The notes below the pieces were generated by a model. The model was given only the letters and a program-made list of their open reading frames with translations. It had not been told where the DNA came from and made no database searches. From Candidatus Uhrbacteria bacterium (GTDB lineage: Bacteria; Patescibacteriota; Patescibacteriia; UBA9934), in assembly GCA_943359525.1 (NCBI GenBank), contig CALRHV010000003.1, forward strand, positions 521 through 64,520: a stretch of DNA of 64,000 bases, given 5' to 3'. A program made the translations under genes and the position numbers. Of the stretch, positions 47,900-56,963 are shown one piece after another. Positions within the stretch are counted from its first letter, which is position 1. Every line of letters starts with the position of its first letter.

Positions 47900-48622
47900 A
47901 TGGCTTCTTTCTTCTTCACCATTCTCTACCAGCCGCTCTACAATCTTCTCGTCTTCATTTACACCGTTGCGCCATGGGGAGGACTTGGGCTCGCCATCAT
48001 CGTGATGACCATCATTGTGAAGAGTCTTGTGTTGCCACTCACGTACAAGTCGATGAAGGCACAGAAGGAGCTGCAAGAAATTCAACCAAAGATTGCGGAG
48101 ATTAAGGAAAAGTATAAGGAGGATAAAGAAACGATGGCAAAGGAGCTTATGAGTGTATACAAAGTGCACAACGTGAATCCGTTTGCGTCGTGTTTGCCAA
48201 CCATCGTGCAGCTCTTTGTATTCATTGCGTTGTATAAGGCGCTTGAGGCGGGTATTCACACGGTAGACCCTTCTATTCTGTACGATTTCGTTTCCAGTCC
48301 CGGAACGATGTCGCCATTCTTTTTAGGAATGGATCTTGGAAAGATATCAATTCCTCTCGCAGTGTTGTCTGCGGTGTGTCAGTACTTCCAGGCAAAGCAG
48401 ATGATTACTCGTCGTCCGCCAGCAGTGGCTCGCGGCACTGGCCCTGCGATGGATGAAGACATGACGGCCATAATGAACAAGATGATGGTGTACATGTTGC
48501 CGATCATGATGCTGGTTATTGGTGTGACGACATTAGTCGGGGGCGTTACGCTGTATATTTTTGTGAGCACCGCGTTTACCTACGCGATGTACGCATTGTT
48601 CTTGAGTCCAAAGAAGAGCTAG
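47900..48622 (+). CDS. yidC: Membrane protein insertase YidC (short form)
   Basis: GLAII..T, IQPKI.EIKEKY, NPFASCLP..VQ, FLGMDL. Confidence 0.92.
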   Translation: MASFFFTILYQPLYNLLVFIYTVAPWGGLGLAIIVMTIIVKSLVLPLTYKSMKAQKELQEIQPKIAEIKEKYKEDKETMAKELMSVYKVHNVNPFASCLPTIVQLFVFIALYKALEAGIHTVDPSILYDFVSSPGTMSPFFLGMDLGKISIPLAVLSAVCQYFQAKQMITRRPPAVARGTGPAMDEDMTAIMNKMMVYMLPIMMLVIGVTTLVGGVTLYIFVSTAFTYAMYALFLSPKKS

Positions 48623-48647
48623 TTGGTTCGTGTACAATTGTTCCATT

Positions 48648-49664
48648 ATGGCCCATCGCTTTTCGTGGCACATTTTTGGTGTCGTCGTGAGTGGACTCCT
48701 TGGCGTTGGACTTCTTTACGCGCTTCTTGCACAAGAGGGCTGGGAAAGTGTTCTGCAAAATATGAGCGCGTTTGGTATATGGCCGTTCATTGGCCTCGTG
48801 GGCATCTCGATGCTGAACTTCGTACTGTATAGCTTGCGTTGGACGATTATCCTGCACCGGCAGGTTACAGAGAAGAAACACAAGCTTTCGGTGTGGCGGA
48901 TGTACTGGCACCGCATGACTGGTTATGCAGTTGGTTACCTTACGCCATTGAACCAGGCGGGTGGCGAACCGGTTCGCGTCGCGTTACTCATGGCCGACGG
49001 TGTACCCGGAAAGAGCGCCGTGGCATCGGCAACGCTCGATATTGCATTTGAGCTCTGCTCCTACGTTGTGTTCATTACGCTTGGTGTGATTTTTGCGCTT
49101 GTTGGACACCAGGGCGGATCGGGGACGTTAATCATTATGGGTATTGGGCTGGCAATTGCATTCTTTGCGCTTCTTGCATTTTTCACAGCGCTCGGCCGAG
49201 GCAAGCCAATCGCGAAGCCGCTATTCCGTCGTTTACGGCTCGATCGCGTGAAGCGGTTTCGCGGCGTTGAGCGCTGGCTGGAGGAGACGGAGGAGCTGAT
49301 GCACGGATTTTTTGCTGGTGGCGGTTGGGTGGTGTTCGGAATTTCCGCACTTTCGATGGCAATGGTTGCGTTCCGCGTGGTGGAGACGTTGTATATCGCG
49401 TGGGGCTTTGGAGTAACGTTGAATTTTGCTCAAGCATTTTTGGCGAGTTCATTGCCGGGACTGGCGCTATTACTTCCAATTCCTGGCGGGCTCGGAATTT
49501 TCGAAGGAGGCTTTACTGCAGTATTCGCGGCGCTGAACGTTCCAATGGATCCTTTAGCATTCGCGTTAATGATTCGTTTGCGTGATGCCGTGTTTATCGT
49601 GCTTGGGGTGTTCCATATGATCCGAACCGGATCGGGCTGGGTGCTCAAAAAAGTGAAGGCATAA
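48648..49664 (+). CDS. Lysylphosphatidylglycerol synthase TM-domain (flippase-like) protein
   Basis: RW...L, TP..QAGGEPVR, P.PGGLGIFE, multi-TM. Confidence 0.85.
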   Translation: MAHRFSWHIFGVVVSGLLGVGLLYALLAQEGWESVLQNMSAFGIWPFIGLVGISMLNFVLYSLRWTIILHRQVTEKKHKLSVWRMYWHRMTGYAVGYLTPLNQAGGEPVRVALLMADGVPGKSAVASATLDIAFELCSYVVFITLGVIFALVGHQGGSGTLIIMGIGLAIAFFALLAFFTALGRGKPIAKPLFRRLRLDRVKRFRGVERWLEETEELMHGFFAGGGWVVFGISALSMAMVAFRVVETLYIAWGFGVTLNFAQAFLASSLPGLALLLPIPGGLGIFEGGFTAVFAALNVPMDPLAFALMIRLRDAVFIVLGVFHMIRTGSGWVLKKVKA

Positions 49665-49666
49665 GT

Positions 49667-50620
49667 ATGCCAACCACACTCGAGCAATCGTTGTTTCGCC
49701 AGCTCGCGTACTTTGCCTATTTTCAGTTTCCACTCACGGCGCTTGAGCTTTGGAAATGGTCTGATGCACCGAACATCACAGTACTCGAGGTCGAGGAAGT
49801 ATTGCTGAATTCATCTTGGCTCCGGCTACAGGGATGCTCTTCGGATCAGGGTTTTTTCGCACTCGGCGACGCCGCCAAATGGAGATCTGAGCGTCTGTTT
49901 CGTGTGACCGACGCTCTTCGGAAGTCTCGTCAGACATCGCGTTTCGCAAAACTTGCGTCACGGCTGCCGTGGGTAAAGATGATTGCGGTGTGTAATTCGT
50001 TGGCATTTTCATTTACAAATCATGAAAGTGATATCGATCTCTTTGTTGTTACCGAGCGGGGAAAGATTTGGTCTACACGGCTGATTCTTGCCGGCGCACT
50101 TGCGTTGATGCGGGCACGGCCAGGCGAGCGAACGAAGGATCCGGTGTGTTTGAGTTTCTTCGTTGCTGATGATCGGCTCGACCTTTCCTCGGTGAAGATT
50201 GGATCGGAGGATCCGTATCTCATGTATTGGATTGCAACGCTTTCGCCACTGGTAGATCGAAGTGATGTTTTTGCAAGGCTCCGTGCCGCAAACGGCTGGA
50301 TGCGACCGGACATTCCTCGAGCGCAGGGCGTTTGTCGTGCCCAGGCTTACACGAATTGCACCGTTCGAACTCTTCCGAATATTTTTGGATTCGAGCGAGT
50401 TGCAGAACGAGTACAACGTGCGCGATTCCCCCTGATGCTTCGGAGAATGATGAACGCTGATACTCGCGTCGTTGTGACTGACAGCATGTTAAAATTTCAT
50501 CATAATGATCGTCGCCAAGATATCCTTGAGTCGTATGAAGCGCTTCTTTCCAAACTGGACGACGTTCTTCCTGTCCATCACGATCTTCCTCCTGCCGTGG
50601 CAAACGCGATGGATGTATAG
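49667..50620 (+). CDS. Nucleotidyltransferase-domain protein
   Basis: VCNSLA......SDIDLFVV, CLSFF, MLKFH. Confidence 0.7.
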   Translation: MPTTLEQSLFRQLAYFAYFQFPLTALELWKWSDAPNITVLEVEEVLLNSSWLRLQGCSSDQGFFALGDAAKWRSERLFRVTDALRKSRQTSRFAKLASRLPWVKMIAVCNSLAFSFTNHESDIDLFVVTERGKIWSTRLILAGALALMRARPGERTKDPVCLSFFVADDRLDLSSVKIGSEDPYLMYWIATLSPLVDRSDVFARLRAANGWMRPDIPRAQGVCRAQAYTNCTVRTLPNIFGFERVAERVQRARFPLMLRRMMNADTRVVVTDSMLKFHHNDRRQDILESYEALLSKLDDVLPVHHDLPPAVANAMDV

Positions 50621-51860
50621 CGAGGTTTCAATTGCCGGGGCACACACAGAGTTTGGTGTAATGAGTCTGTATGTCGTTGAATTGCTGCTCGCGGCCGCAC
50701 TCATTGGTGGAATCATTTTTGATCGAAAATGGTTGACGGTTGAAAGAAAGCGTCAATTACCGATTCGTTTTGGCGCGATTGTGCTCGTCGTTGCGATGCT
50801 CGGCACGGCATTTGCAGATCGCTCGCTTTTTTCGCTTTCCATGGCGACGCATCTCGCTTTTTCCTATGCGCTGTTTGTTGCGATTCTTATTGATCGTGTG
50901 AGCGCAAAGCATCTTCTCTTCGCATTCGTCGCATCGCTCATCGCGCCGCTGATACTTGGCATCATTCAGGTTTTCGGGGGAACTTCACCAGCAATCACCT
51001 GGCTTGGTGTTGCATTCCGAGACGCGGCACAGCTTGGTGACGCGGTGTTTACCGTTGGCGGTGAGCGTATGCTTCGCGCCTACGGAAGCTTCCCGCATCC
51101 AAACGTGTTTGGTGGATTCCTTGGCGTTGGATTGTTCGCGTGGTGGGGGACGATGGCGAGTGTTCGGCGAGAGTGGGGGAATCGAAGACAGAGTATCGTC
51201 ACAGGCGTCGGAACGATTATTCTCATCATCGGCATGCTTCTGACGGGTTCTCGATCCGCGTTTCTCGGGTTGTTCGTTGGGCTTGCGATTGTGTTTGTGG
51301 TGAAGTCAATCCCTTCGATGAAGATTGCTCGACCCACTGCAGCTGCGCTCGGCATTGTCGCGGTTCTCGGCTCGTTGTTCGCATCGTTTTATCTTACCGA
51401 CCTTGCCTCGAGTATTCGTGGTGGAGGAGTGAATGAAGAGCGATCGTTGGTTGAGCGCGTTGCGCTTTACGAAGACTTTGTGCCGTTTATGGCAGCAACG
51501 AATCCCGTTGTCGGTCACGGACTGGGTTCATATGTTTTGTCGTTTTCTGATTTTGAACCAGGAAAAAATGCCTTCGATTATCAGCCAATTCATAACGTGC
51601 CGCTGCTTATTTTTGCTGAGCTTGGTCTATTAGGGGTTCTCGCAATACTGTGTTGGGCTGCGAGCATTGATCGGATGAACTTTTCTCGATTCCCACATCG
51701 CGACGCGCTCTACGCCTTTGGCATGGGGAATGTGATTTTGATGATCTTTTTCTTTGATCATTATCTCTGGTCGTCTTGGTCCGGGCTTTCACTCATCGCG
51801 TTTGTGATGGGGATGACGGTGCGGTTGGGGGAGGAGAAGGAGGCGAGGGGACCGAACTGA
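50535..51860 (+). CDS. O-antigen ligase family protein
   Basis: RAYGSFPHPN, TGSRSA, GHGLGSY, QPIHN..L...AELG..G. Confidence 0.9.
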   Translation: MKRFFPNWTTFFLSITIFLLPWQTRWMYSEVSIAGAHTEFGVMSLYVVELLLAAALIGGIIFDRKWLTVERKRQLPIRFGAIVLVVAMLGTAFADRSLFSLSMATHLAFSYALFVAILIDRVSAKHLLFAFVASLIAPLILGIIQVFGGTSPAITWLGVAFRDAAQLGDAVFTVGGERMLRAYGSFPHPNVFGGFLGVGLFAWWGTMASVRREWGNRRQSIVTGVGTIILIIGMLLTGSRSAFLGLFVGLAIVFVVKSIPSMKIARPTAAALGIVAVLGSLFASFYLTDLASSIRGGGVNEERSLVERVALYEDFVPFMAATNPVVGHGLGSYVLSFSDFEPGKNAFDYQPIHNVPLLIFAELGLLGVLAILCWAASIDRMNFSRFPHRDALYAFGMGNVILMIFFFDHYLWSSWSGLSLIAFVMGMTVRLGEEKEARGPN

Positions 51861-52352
51861 ATCTTTGAATGGGTTGGGTTGAGCTATAAAACCCTCCCCC
51901 TGCCAAGGCGCTCGACGAACCTGAGTTGGGTGAGGAGAGTGAGTAGGAGGGGGTCTGAGCCTTTGATGGGATTGGGACGAGACGAATCCGGAGAGTCCGA
52001 GGTACTGTGACAGAAAACGATACCCTCTTTTTTGAGGGTTTTAAAACGTGGCAACAAAATCCATTGAGAAATTGAAATCGATGAAAAGTGAAATCGATCT
52101 CAGAAATGCATCCTCATCGATCGTGGGCAGCATTATCGCCGGCCTCGGAGATTGTCAGAATCGACCGGTGTTTTCTTGCTGCGAATCATTCGCATTACCA
52201 AAACACCCTATTTAAAATCGAATACCTCGAGCTCGCCGATGAGGCCCAAAAGTCAGACCCCCTCCACCCACTCTCCTCGTCCGGCTCGGGACTCGTCGAG
52301 CGCCTTGGTAGGGGGAGGGCCTTTTCCGCCTCATCACAACCCCCTCAAAGAT
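51861..52352 (+). repeat. Long imperfect inverted repeat / fold-back element upstream of groES
   Basis: 51892-51958 pairs with 52253-52319; outer atctttga/tcaaagat; inner cgaggta/tacctcg. Confidence 0.75.
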
Positions 52353-52443
52353 CAGGCATTTTTCCTTCGGGAAAGCAAGATTTATTGTTATTTCTCTAGA
52401 AATCTCGTAAGCTTACGCACGTTAAGATTTCACATTTTTCTCT

Positions 52444-52728
52444 ATGCAACTTCGCCCACTCGGAGGTCATATCATTGTTGAGCCACAGGAAAGAGAAACA
52501 AAAACAGCGTCGGGAATTTATCTTCCGGATGCGGGTGAAAAGCGTCAGGGTCAGGGAGTTGTCATTGCTATCGGTCCAGGAAAGATCGAGAAAGGCGAGC
52601 GACAGCCAGTGGAGGTAAAGGTTGGTGATGTCGTCGTGTTCAAGCAATACGCGCCAGACGAAGTCAAGCTCGAGAGCAAAACATTTCTGATTGTTTCCGT
52701 AGATGACGTCACTGCAGTTATCGAATAA
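52444..52728 (+). CDS. groES: Co-chaperonin GroES
   Basis: LRPLG, TASGIYLP, GVVIAIGPG, VKVGD. Confidence 0.97.
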   Translation: MQLRPLGGHIIVEPQERETKTASGIYLPDAGEKRQGQGVVIAIGPGKIEKGERQPVEVKVGDVVVFKQYAPDEVKLESKTFLIVSVDDVTAVIE

Positions 52729-52732
52729 TTCT

Positions 52733-54355
52733 ATGGCAAAGACTATTGTTTTTAGCGATGACGCACGGAAGAAAATGAAGGACGGTGTTGATCAGCTTGC
52801 GAGCGCAGTGAAAGTGACCATGGGCCCGCGTGGACGAACGGTGATTATCGATCGCGGTTTTGGTTCGCCAATGGTGACGAAGGATGGTGTGTCGGTGGCG
52901 AAGGAAATCGAACTTGCCGATAAACTCGAAAATCTCGGCGCAACGCTCGTGAAGGAAGCAGCGAGCAAAACAAATGATGTTGCCGGCGACGGAACAACAA
53001 CGGCCGTTGTTCTTGCGCAGTCGATCGTTTCCGAGGGATTGCGTGTGGTTTCGGCTGGCGTAAACTCGCAAGCGCTTCGCCGGGGAATCGAAAAAGGTGT
53101 TGAGGCGATTGTAAAAAAGATTGCAGAGATCTCAACGCCAGTTCACGGGAACGCTATCGAACAGGTTGCATCGATTTCAGCGAACGATCCAGAAATCGGC
53201 AAGATGATTGCAGAGGCGATGAAGAAGGTGAGCGAGAACGGCGTCATCACCGTCGAAGAGGGTCAGTCATTCGGAATCGAAGTTGATGTGGTCGAGGGCA
53301 TGCAATTCGACAAGGGCTACGTTTCGCCATACATGGTAACGAATTCCGAGCGCATGGAGGCGGTGTATAACGATGTTCCGGTGCTCGTGACAAGCGAAAA
53401 AATCAGCAGCATGCAATTGCTGATGCCGATTTTGGAAAAGCTTCTTGCAACAGGCCGAAAGGATCTCGTCATCATCGCGGAAGACGTTGAAGGCGAAGCA
53501 ATGACTGCGCTTGTGCTCAATAAGCTCCGTGGTGCGTTGAACGTGTTGGCAATCAAAGCACCAGCATACGGCGATCGTCGGAAGGCGATGCTTGAAGATA
53601 TCGCGATCGTCACTGGCGCAAAGTTCATCTCGCCAGAGACGGGAATGAAATTTGAAACGCTCGAGCTTGCCGATCTTGGTCATGCACGTCGCGTGATTTC
53701 CACGAAAGACACCACGACGATCGTGGAAGGCGCTGGTGATAAGGCTGCAATCGCGGATCGTGTCGTCAATATTAAGGCACAGCTTGAGAACTCGGATTCG
53801 GATTTTGACAAAGAAAAGTTCCGCGAACGCATGGCAAAGATTTCCGGTGGAGTTGCTGTCATCAAGGTCGGCGCAGCGAGCGAGGTGGAGATGAAAGAGA
53901 AGAAACATCGTATCGAGGATGCCGTTGCTGCAACAAAAGCAGCCATCGAAGAGGGAATCGTTGCTGGTGGTGGTGTGGCGTTGATTCGTGCGAAGGCTGT
54001 GCTTGCCGATCTCGTTGTGAGTGCTGATGAAAAGATTGGTATCGACATTTTGAGCCGCGCGGTTGAGTCGCCGCTTCGTCAGATTGCGGAGAATGCTGGT
54101 CACGAAGGCGGTGTTATCGTTGAACGCGTAAAGACGATGACGGGAAACAACGGATGGGATGCTGCTCTGGATAAAGACGTGGATATGGTGGAAGTCGGCA
54201 TCATTGACCCGGCGAAAGTGACGCGCTCTGCGCTTCAGAACGCGGCGTCGGTTGCGGTGATGATCCTCACGACTGAAGCAGCGATCACCGAGGTTCCGAA
54301 ATCGGAGAAAGAGAGTTCGGCGGGAGCTGGGGGAGGAATGGGAGACATGTACTAG
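52733..54355 (+). CDS. groEL: Chaperonin GroEL
   Basis: AVKVTMGPRG, TKDGVSVA, GDGTTTA, GGMGDMY tail. Confidence 0.99.
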   Translation: MAKTIVFSDDARKKMKDGVDQLASAVKVTMGPRGRTVIIDRGFGSPMVTKDGVSVAKEIELADKLENLGATLVKEAASKTNDVAGDGTTTAVVLAQSIVSEGLRVVSAGVNSQALRRGIEKGVEAIVKKIAEISTPVHGNAIEQVASISANDPEIGKMIAEAMKKVSENGVITVEEGQSFGIEVDVVEGMQFDKGYVSPYMVTNSERMEAVYNDVPVLVTSEKISSMQLLMPILEKLLATGRKDLVIIAEDVEGEAMTALVLNKLRGALNVLAIKAPAYGDRRKAMLEDIAIVTGAKFISPETGMKFETLELADLGHARRVISTKDTTTIVEGAGDKAAIADRVVNIKAQLENSDSDFDKEKFRERMAKISGGVAVIKVGAASEVEMKEKKHRIEDAVAATKAAIEEGIVAGGGVALIRAKAVLADLVVSADEKIGIDILSRAVESPLRQIAENAGHEGGVIVERVKTMTGNNGWDAALDKDVDMVEVGIIDPAKVTRSALQNAASVAVMILTTEAAITEVPKSEKESSAGAGGGMGDMY

Positions 54356-54361
54356 AATCGA

Positions 54362-54391
54362 TTGCGAAAGAAAACAAATTTGTGTTATCCT
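54362..54391 (+). promoter_or_regulatory. Putative sigma70 promoter for the downstream ncRNA candidate
   Basis: TTGCGA-18 nt-TATCCT with extended TG. Confidence 0.5.
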
Positions 54392-54397
54392 CGATGC

Positions 54398-54809
54398 GTA
54401 CGGTGTGCGAGGGGAAAGGATCGTCGCAGAGTTCGGGGAATGGAAAGGGGAGCGGGTTCGGAAGAAAAACAGAGACGATCGAGAGGTCTTACAGGGAGCA
54501 ATCCTTGACGCGGTTTCGGCTGCGCTCCGGTTTGGGTAATCGCGGGGAGGTGGAAAGTCTCCGTGAAAATGGTGGTAGCTGAAAAGCGCATCAGTCGTGA
54601 GTCCTGAATTTCCTCACAGGCACGGCCCTTTGATCGGGTGAAAAGACCAGACCAACAGCTAAGGCGACCTTATGGTCACAAATCGGACGAGCTGATGAAG
54701 TTCGTCTTCCGCAAGGACGGTTGGGGAGCCGGATGCCGAAGCTTTGGGCGTGTTCTTTGGCCAAAAGCTGGAGGACTACAACGCGGTACTTTCGCACACC
54801 ACCCTTACG
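54398..54809 (+). ncRNA. Candidate large structured non-coding RNA (~400 nt), family unassigned
   Basis: Terminal helix ggtgtgcgaggg/ctttcgcacacc, internal GCAA, UUCG and GAAA tetraloop hairpins, flanking promoter and terminator, no credible ORF. Confidence 0.65.
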
Positions 54810-54810
54810 A

Positions 54811-54854
54811 GAAGCACTTTCGGCCACACGCGGCTGGAAGTGCTTCTTCATTTT
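54811..54854 (+). terminator. Intrinsic terminator
   Basis: gaagcactttcggcc-acacgc-ggctggaagtgcttc followed by ttcatttt. Confidence 0.75.
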
Positions 54855-54934
54855 ACAGTCGTATAAAACGCGATGAGCCCGACTTCTCGCGAAGCCGGGC
54901 TCTCGTGGGGTTCTGACCGGCGCCGTCGCGCGGG

Positions 54935-55417
54935 TCATTTCTCGTTGGTTGCCATTTGCGGCACCGGGACATTCACGATCTGTCCGATCTTCAGCTTGTC
55001 GACCGCGACGATGTCGTGGTTGGCCTCGATCATCTCCATGCGGCTTACTCCATAGAGCTTACCGATGCTCGCCAGGTGCTCACCGTTCTTCACGGTGTGT
55101 TTCCGCGGGGCGTTGCTCGGAGCCTCGGTCGCGGTCGCGGGCTGCTGCGGCGCGATCTGGGTCGCCGTCGTGCCGTGCCCGCCGAAAGCGATGAAACTCA
55201 CGGTCAGGAGCGCCAGGACCAGGACTGCGATGCCGACGTTGCGCTTGTCGGAGAGGACCAAACGTCCTTTCCGCTTGGCCCAGCCGTAGGCTGCGCTGGC
55301 GCCAGCGCTGAGGTCTCGCATCATCTCGATGAGGCCTCGGGCGTCTGGGTGCACCCCCATGTTGAGGAGTTCTTCGTCCGACAGGCGGGGAGGAGAGACA
55401 GGAGGATCAGTGTTCAT
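54935..55417 (-). CDS. Membrane-anchored LysM domain protein
   Basis: TM, then HTVKNGEHL..I...YGV....IEAN.....LKIGQ.VNVP. Confidence 0.85.
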   Translation of the reverse strand: MNTDPPVSPPRLSDEELLNMGVHPDARGLIEMMRDLSAGASAAYGWAKRKGRLVLSDKRNVGIAVLVLALLTVSFIAFGGHGTTATQIAPQQPATATEAPSNAPRKHTVKNGEHLASIGKLYGVSRMEMIEANHDIVAVDKLKIGQIVNVPVPQMATNEK

Positions 55418-55522
55418 TGGGAGACTCCAACGCGATTCTACCGCATTTTGGCCGAAAAGTCCACCTTCGTGGCTATTCTCGGGCCAGTTTGGTATTGTAT
55501 AGGTATTCTTGACCCCTATTTT

Positions 55523-55837
55523 ATGCAGAATTCAAACGATCGTTTGATGGCGGCACTTGGGTACGTTGGAGCGCTGTGTCTTATTCCACTCATTTTTGCT
55601 CGGCATTCCGCATTCGCTCAGGTGCATGCTAAGCAAGGACTCGTCCTTTCGCTCATCGCTATTGTGGTAAAAGTGCTTGCATCTGGTTTGTGGCGCGTCC
55701 CGTTTGGCGGCCTATTAGTTACGGTTGTGTTGTTAGCAATCCTTATTGCCGCGATTATGGGAATAGTGAAGGCGCTGCAGGGCGAGCATTTCGAAATTCC
55801 ATACGTAAGCGATTGGGCACGTAAGATTCACTTCTAA
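55523..55837 (+). CDS. DUF4870-like membrane protein
   Basis: AALGY....IP......FAQVHAKQG...GIVKALQG...IP. Confidence 0.8.
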   Translation: MQNSNDRLMAALGYVGALCLIPLIFARHSAFAQVHAKQGLVLSLIAIVVKVLASGLWRVPFGGLLVTVVLLAILIAAIMGIVKALQGEHFEIPYVSDWARKIHF

Positions 55838-55846
55838 GATCGGCGC

Positions 55847-56959
55847 ATGTCGCTTTTGGACGACAAACTCAAAAACCTCGATGAGCGCCACGGCCTTGCG
55901 GTTGTGGCGCTTGGGCTTGAGGCATCTCGTGCTCGAGCCATTGAGCTTGAAGGCGACATGAGTGATCCTGGATTTTGGAACGACCAAGAAAGCGCGCGAA
56001 AGGTTGCGCAAGAGGCAGCTGATCTGAAGAAGGAAGTTGAAGCGTGGGATGCGATTGGAAAGCAGATCGTCGAGAATCGCGATATTGTGGCGATGGCGGA
56101 ATCGGAAGGAAGTACCGAGGATAAACACGAAGCGGATCGTCTCGTCACCGATCTTGAGCAGCGTTTTACGGCCATGGAATTTCAGATGCTGTTTTCTGGT
56201 GAATACGACACGCGCAATGCAGTCCTTTCTATTCATGCTGGCGCCGGTGGAACCGACGCGAATGACTGGGTAGCGATGTTGCTCCGTATGTTCATGCGAT
56301 TTGCAGAGCGAAAAGGCTTTGTGGTCGACATTCTTGATGAGTCACGTGGCGAAGAGGCGGGGTACAAGAGTGTGACGATCGCGGTTCGTGGGCGCTATGG
56401 ATACGGATTTCTCCGATCCGAAGCTGGCGTGCATCGCCTCGTTCGTATTTCTCCGTTCGATGGTGAGAAGATGCGTCATACCACATTCGCACTCGTTGAA
56501 GTCCTTCCAGAATTTGCCGCCATGGATGCCGCAACGGTTGAGCTCGACATGGACGACGTGCGTATTGATACGTTTCTGTCGTCGGGTAAAGGTGGTCAGT
56601 CCGTGAACACCACGTATAGTGCAGTTCGTGTCACGCATCTTCCAACAGGAATTTCCGTGAGCTGTCAGAATGAGCGATCGCAGTTGCAGAACAAAGAAAC
56701 GGCACTGAATGTGCTGAAAGCGAAGCTTTTCCAGCTCATGGTGACGGCGCGTGCGGAAAAGCTTTCCGATATTAAGGGCGAACATAAAACTGCGGCGTGG
56801 GGGAATCAGATTCGCAGCTATGTGCTGCATCCGTATAAAATGGTGAAAGACCATCGAACGGATATCGAAACATCGGACACGGATTCGGTACTCGATGGAG
56901 AGATACTGCCATACATCGAAGCGTTCCTTCGATCTGATGCGGAGAAGCGAAATCAATAA
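55847..56959 (+). CDS. prfB: Peptide chain release factor 2
   Basis: GAGGT, E.GVHRLVRISPF, GGQ, ERSQLQNK, WGNQIRSYV. Confidence 0.97.
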   Translation: MSLLDDKLKNLDERHGLAVVALGLEASRARAIELEGDMSDPGFWNDQESARKVAQEAADLKKEVEAWDAIGKQIVENRDIVAMAESEGSTEDKHEADRLVTDLEQRFTAMEFQMLFSGEYDTRNAVLSIHAGAGGTDANDWVAMLLRMFMRFAERKGFVVDILDESRGEEAGYKSVTIAVRGRYGYGFLRSEAGVHRLVRISPFDGEKMRHTTFALVEVLPEFAAMDAATVELDMDDVRIDTFLSSGKGGQSVNTTYSAVRVTHLPTGISVSCQNERSQLQNKETALNVLKAKLFQLMVTARAEKLSDIKGEHKTAAWGNQIRSYVLHPYKMVKDHRTDIETSDTDSVLDGEILPYIEAFLRSDAEKRNQ

Positions 56960-56963
56960 CATT

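Noticed and set aside
52088-52399. 103-aa ORF upstream of groES
   Set aside because: No recognisable motif and it runs through the inverted-repeat arm; probably spurious
52353-52443. CIRCE operator before groES
   Set aside because: No TTAGCACTC-N9-GAGTGCTAA present
54382-54938. Short ORFs (54382-54582, 54591-54938, 54638-54916), or tmRNA/hammerhead identity for this region
   Set aside because: The ORFs lack motifs and RBS. There is no GGGG 5' end or TPsiC arm for tmRNA. CTGATGA at 54692 lies within a simple hairpin with no correctly placed GAAA partner.
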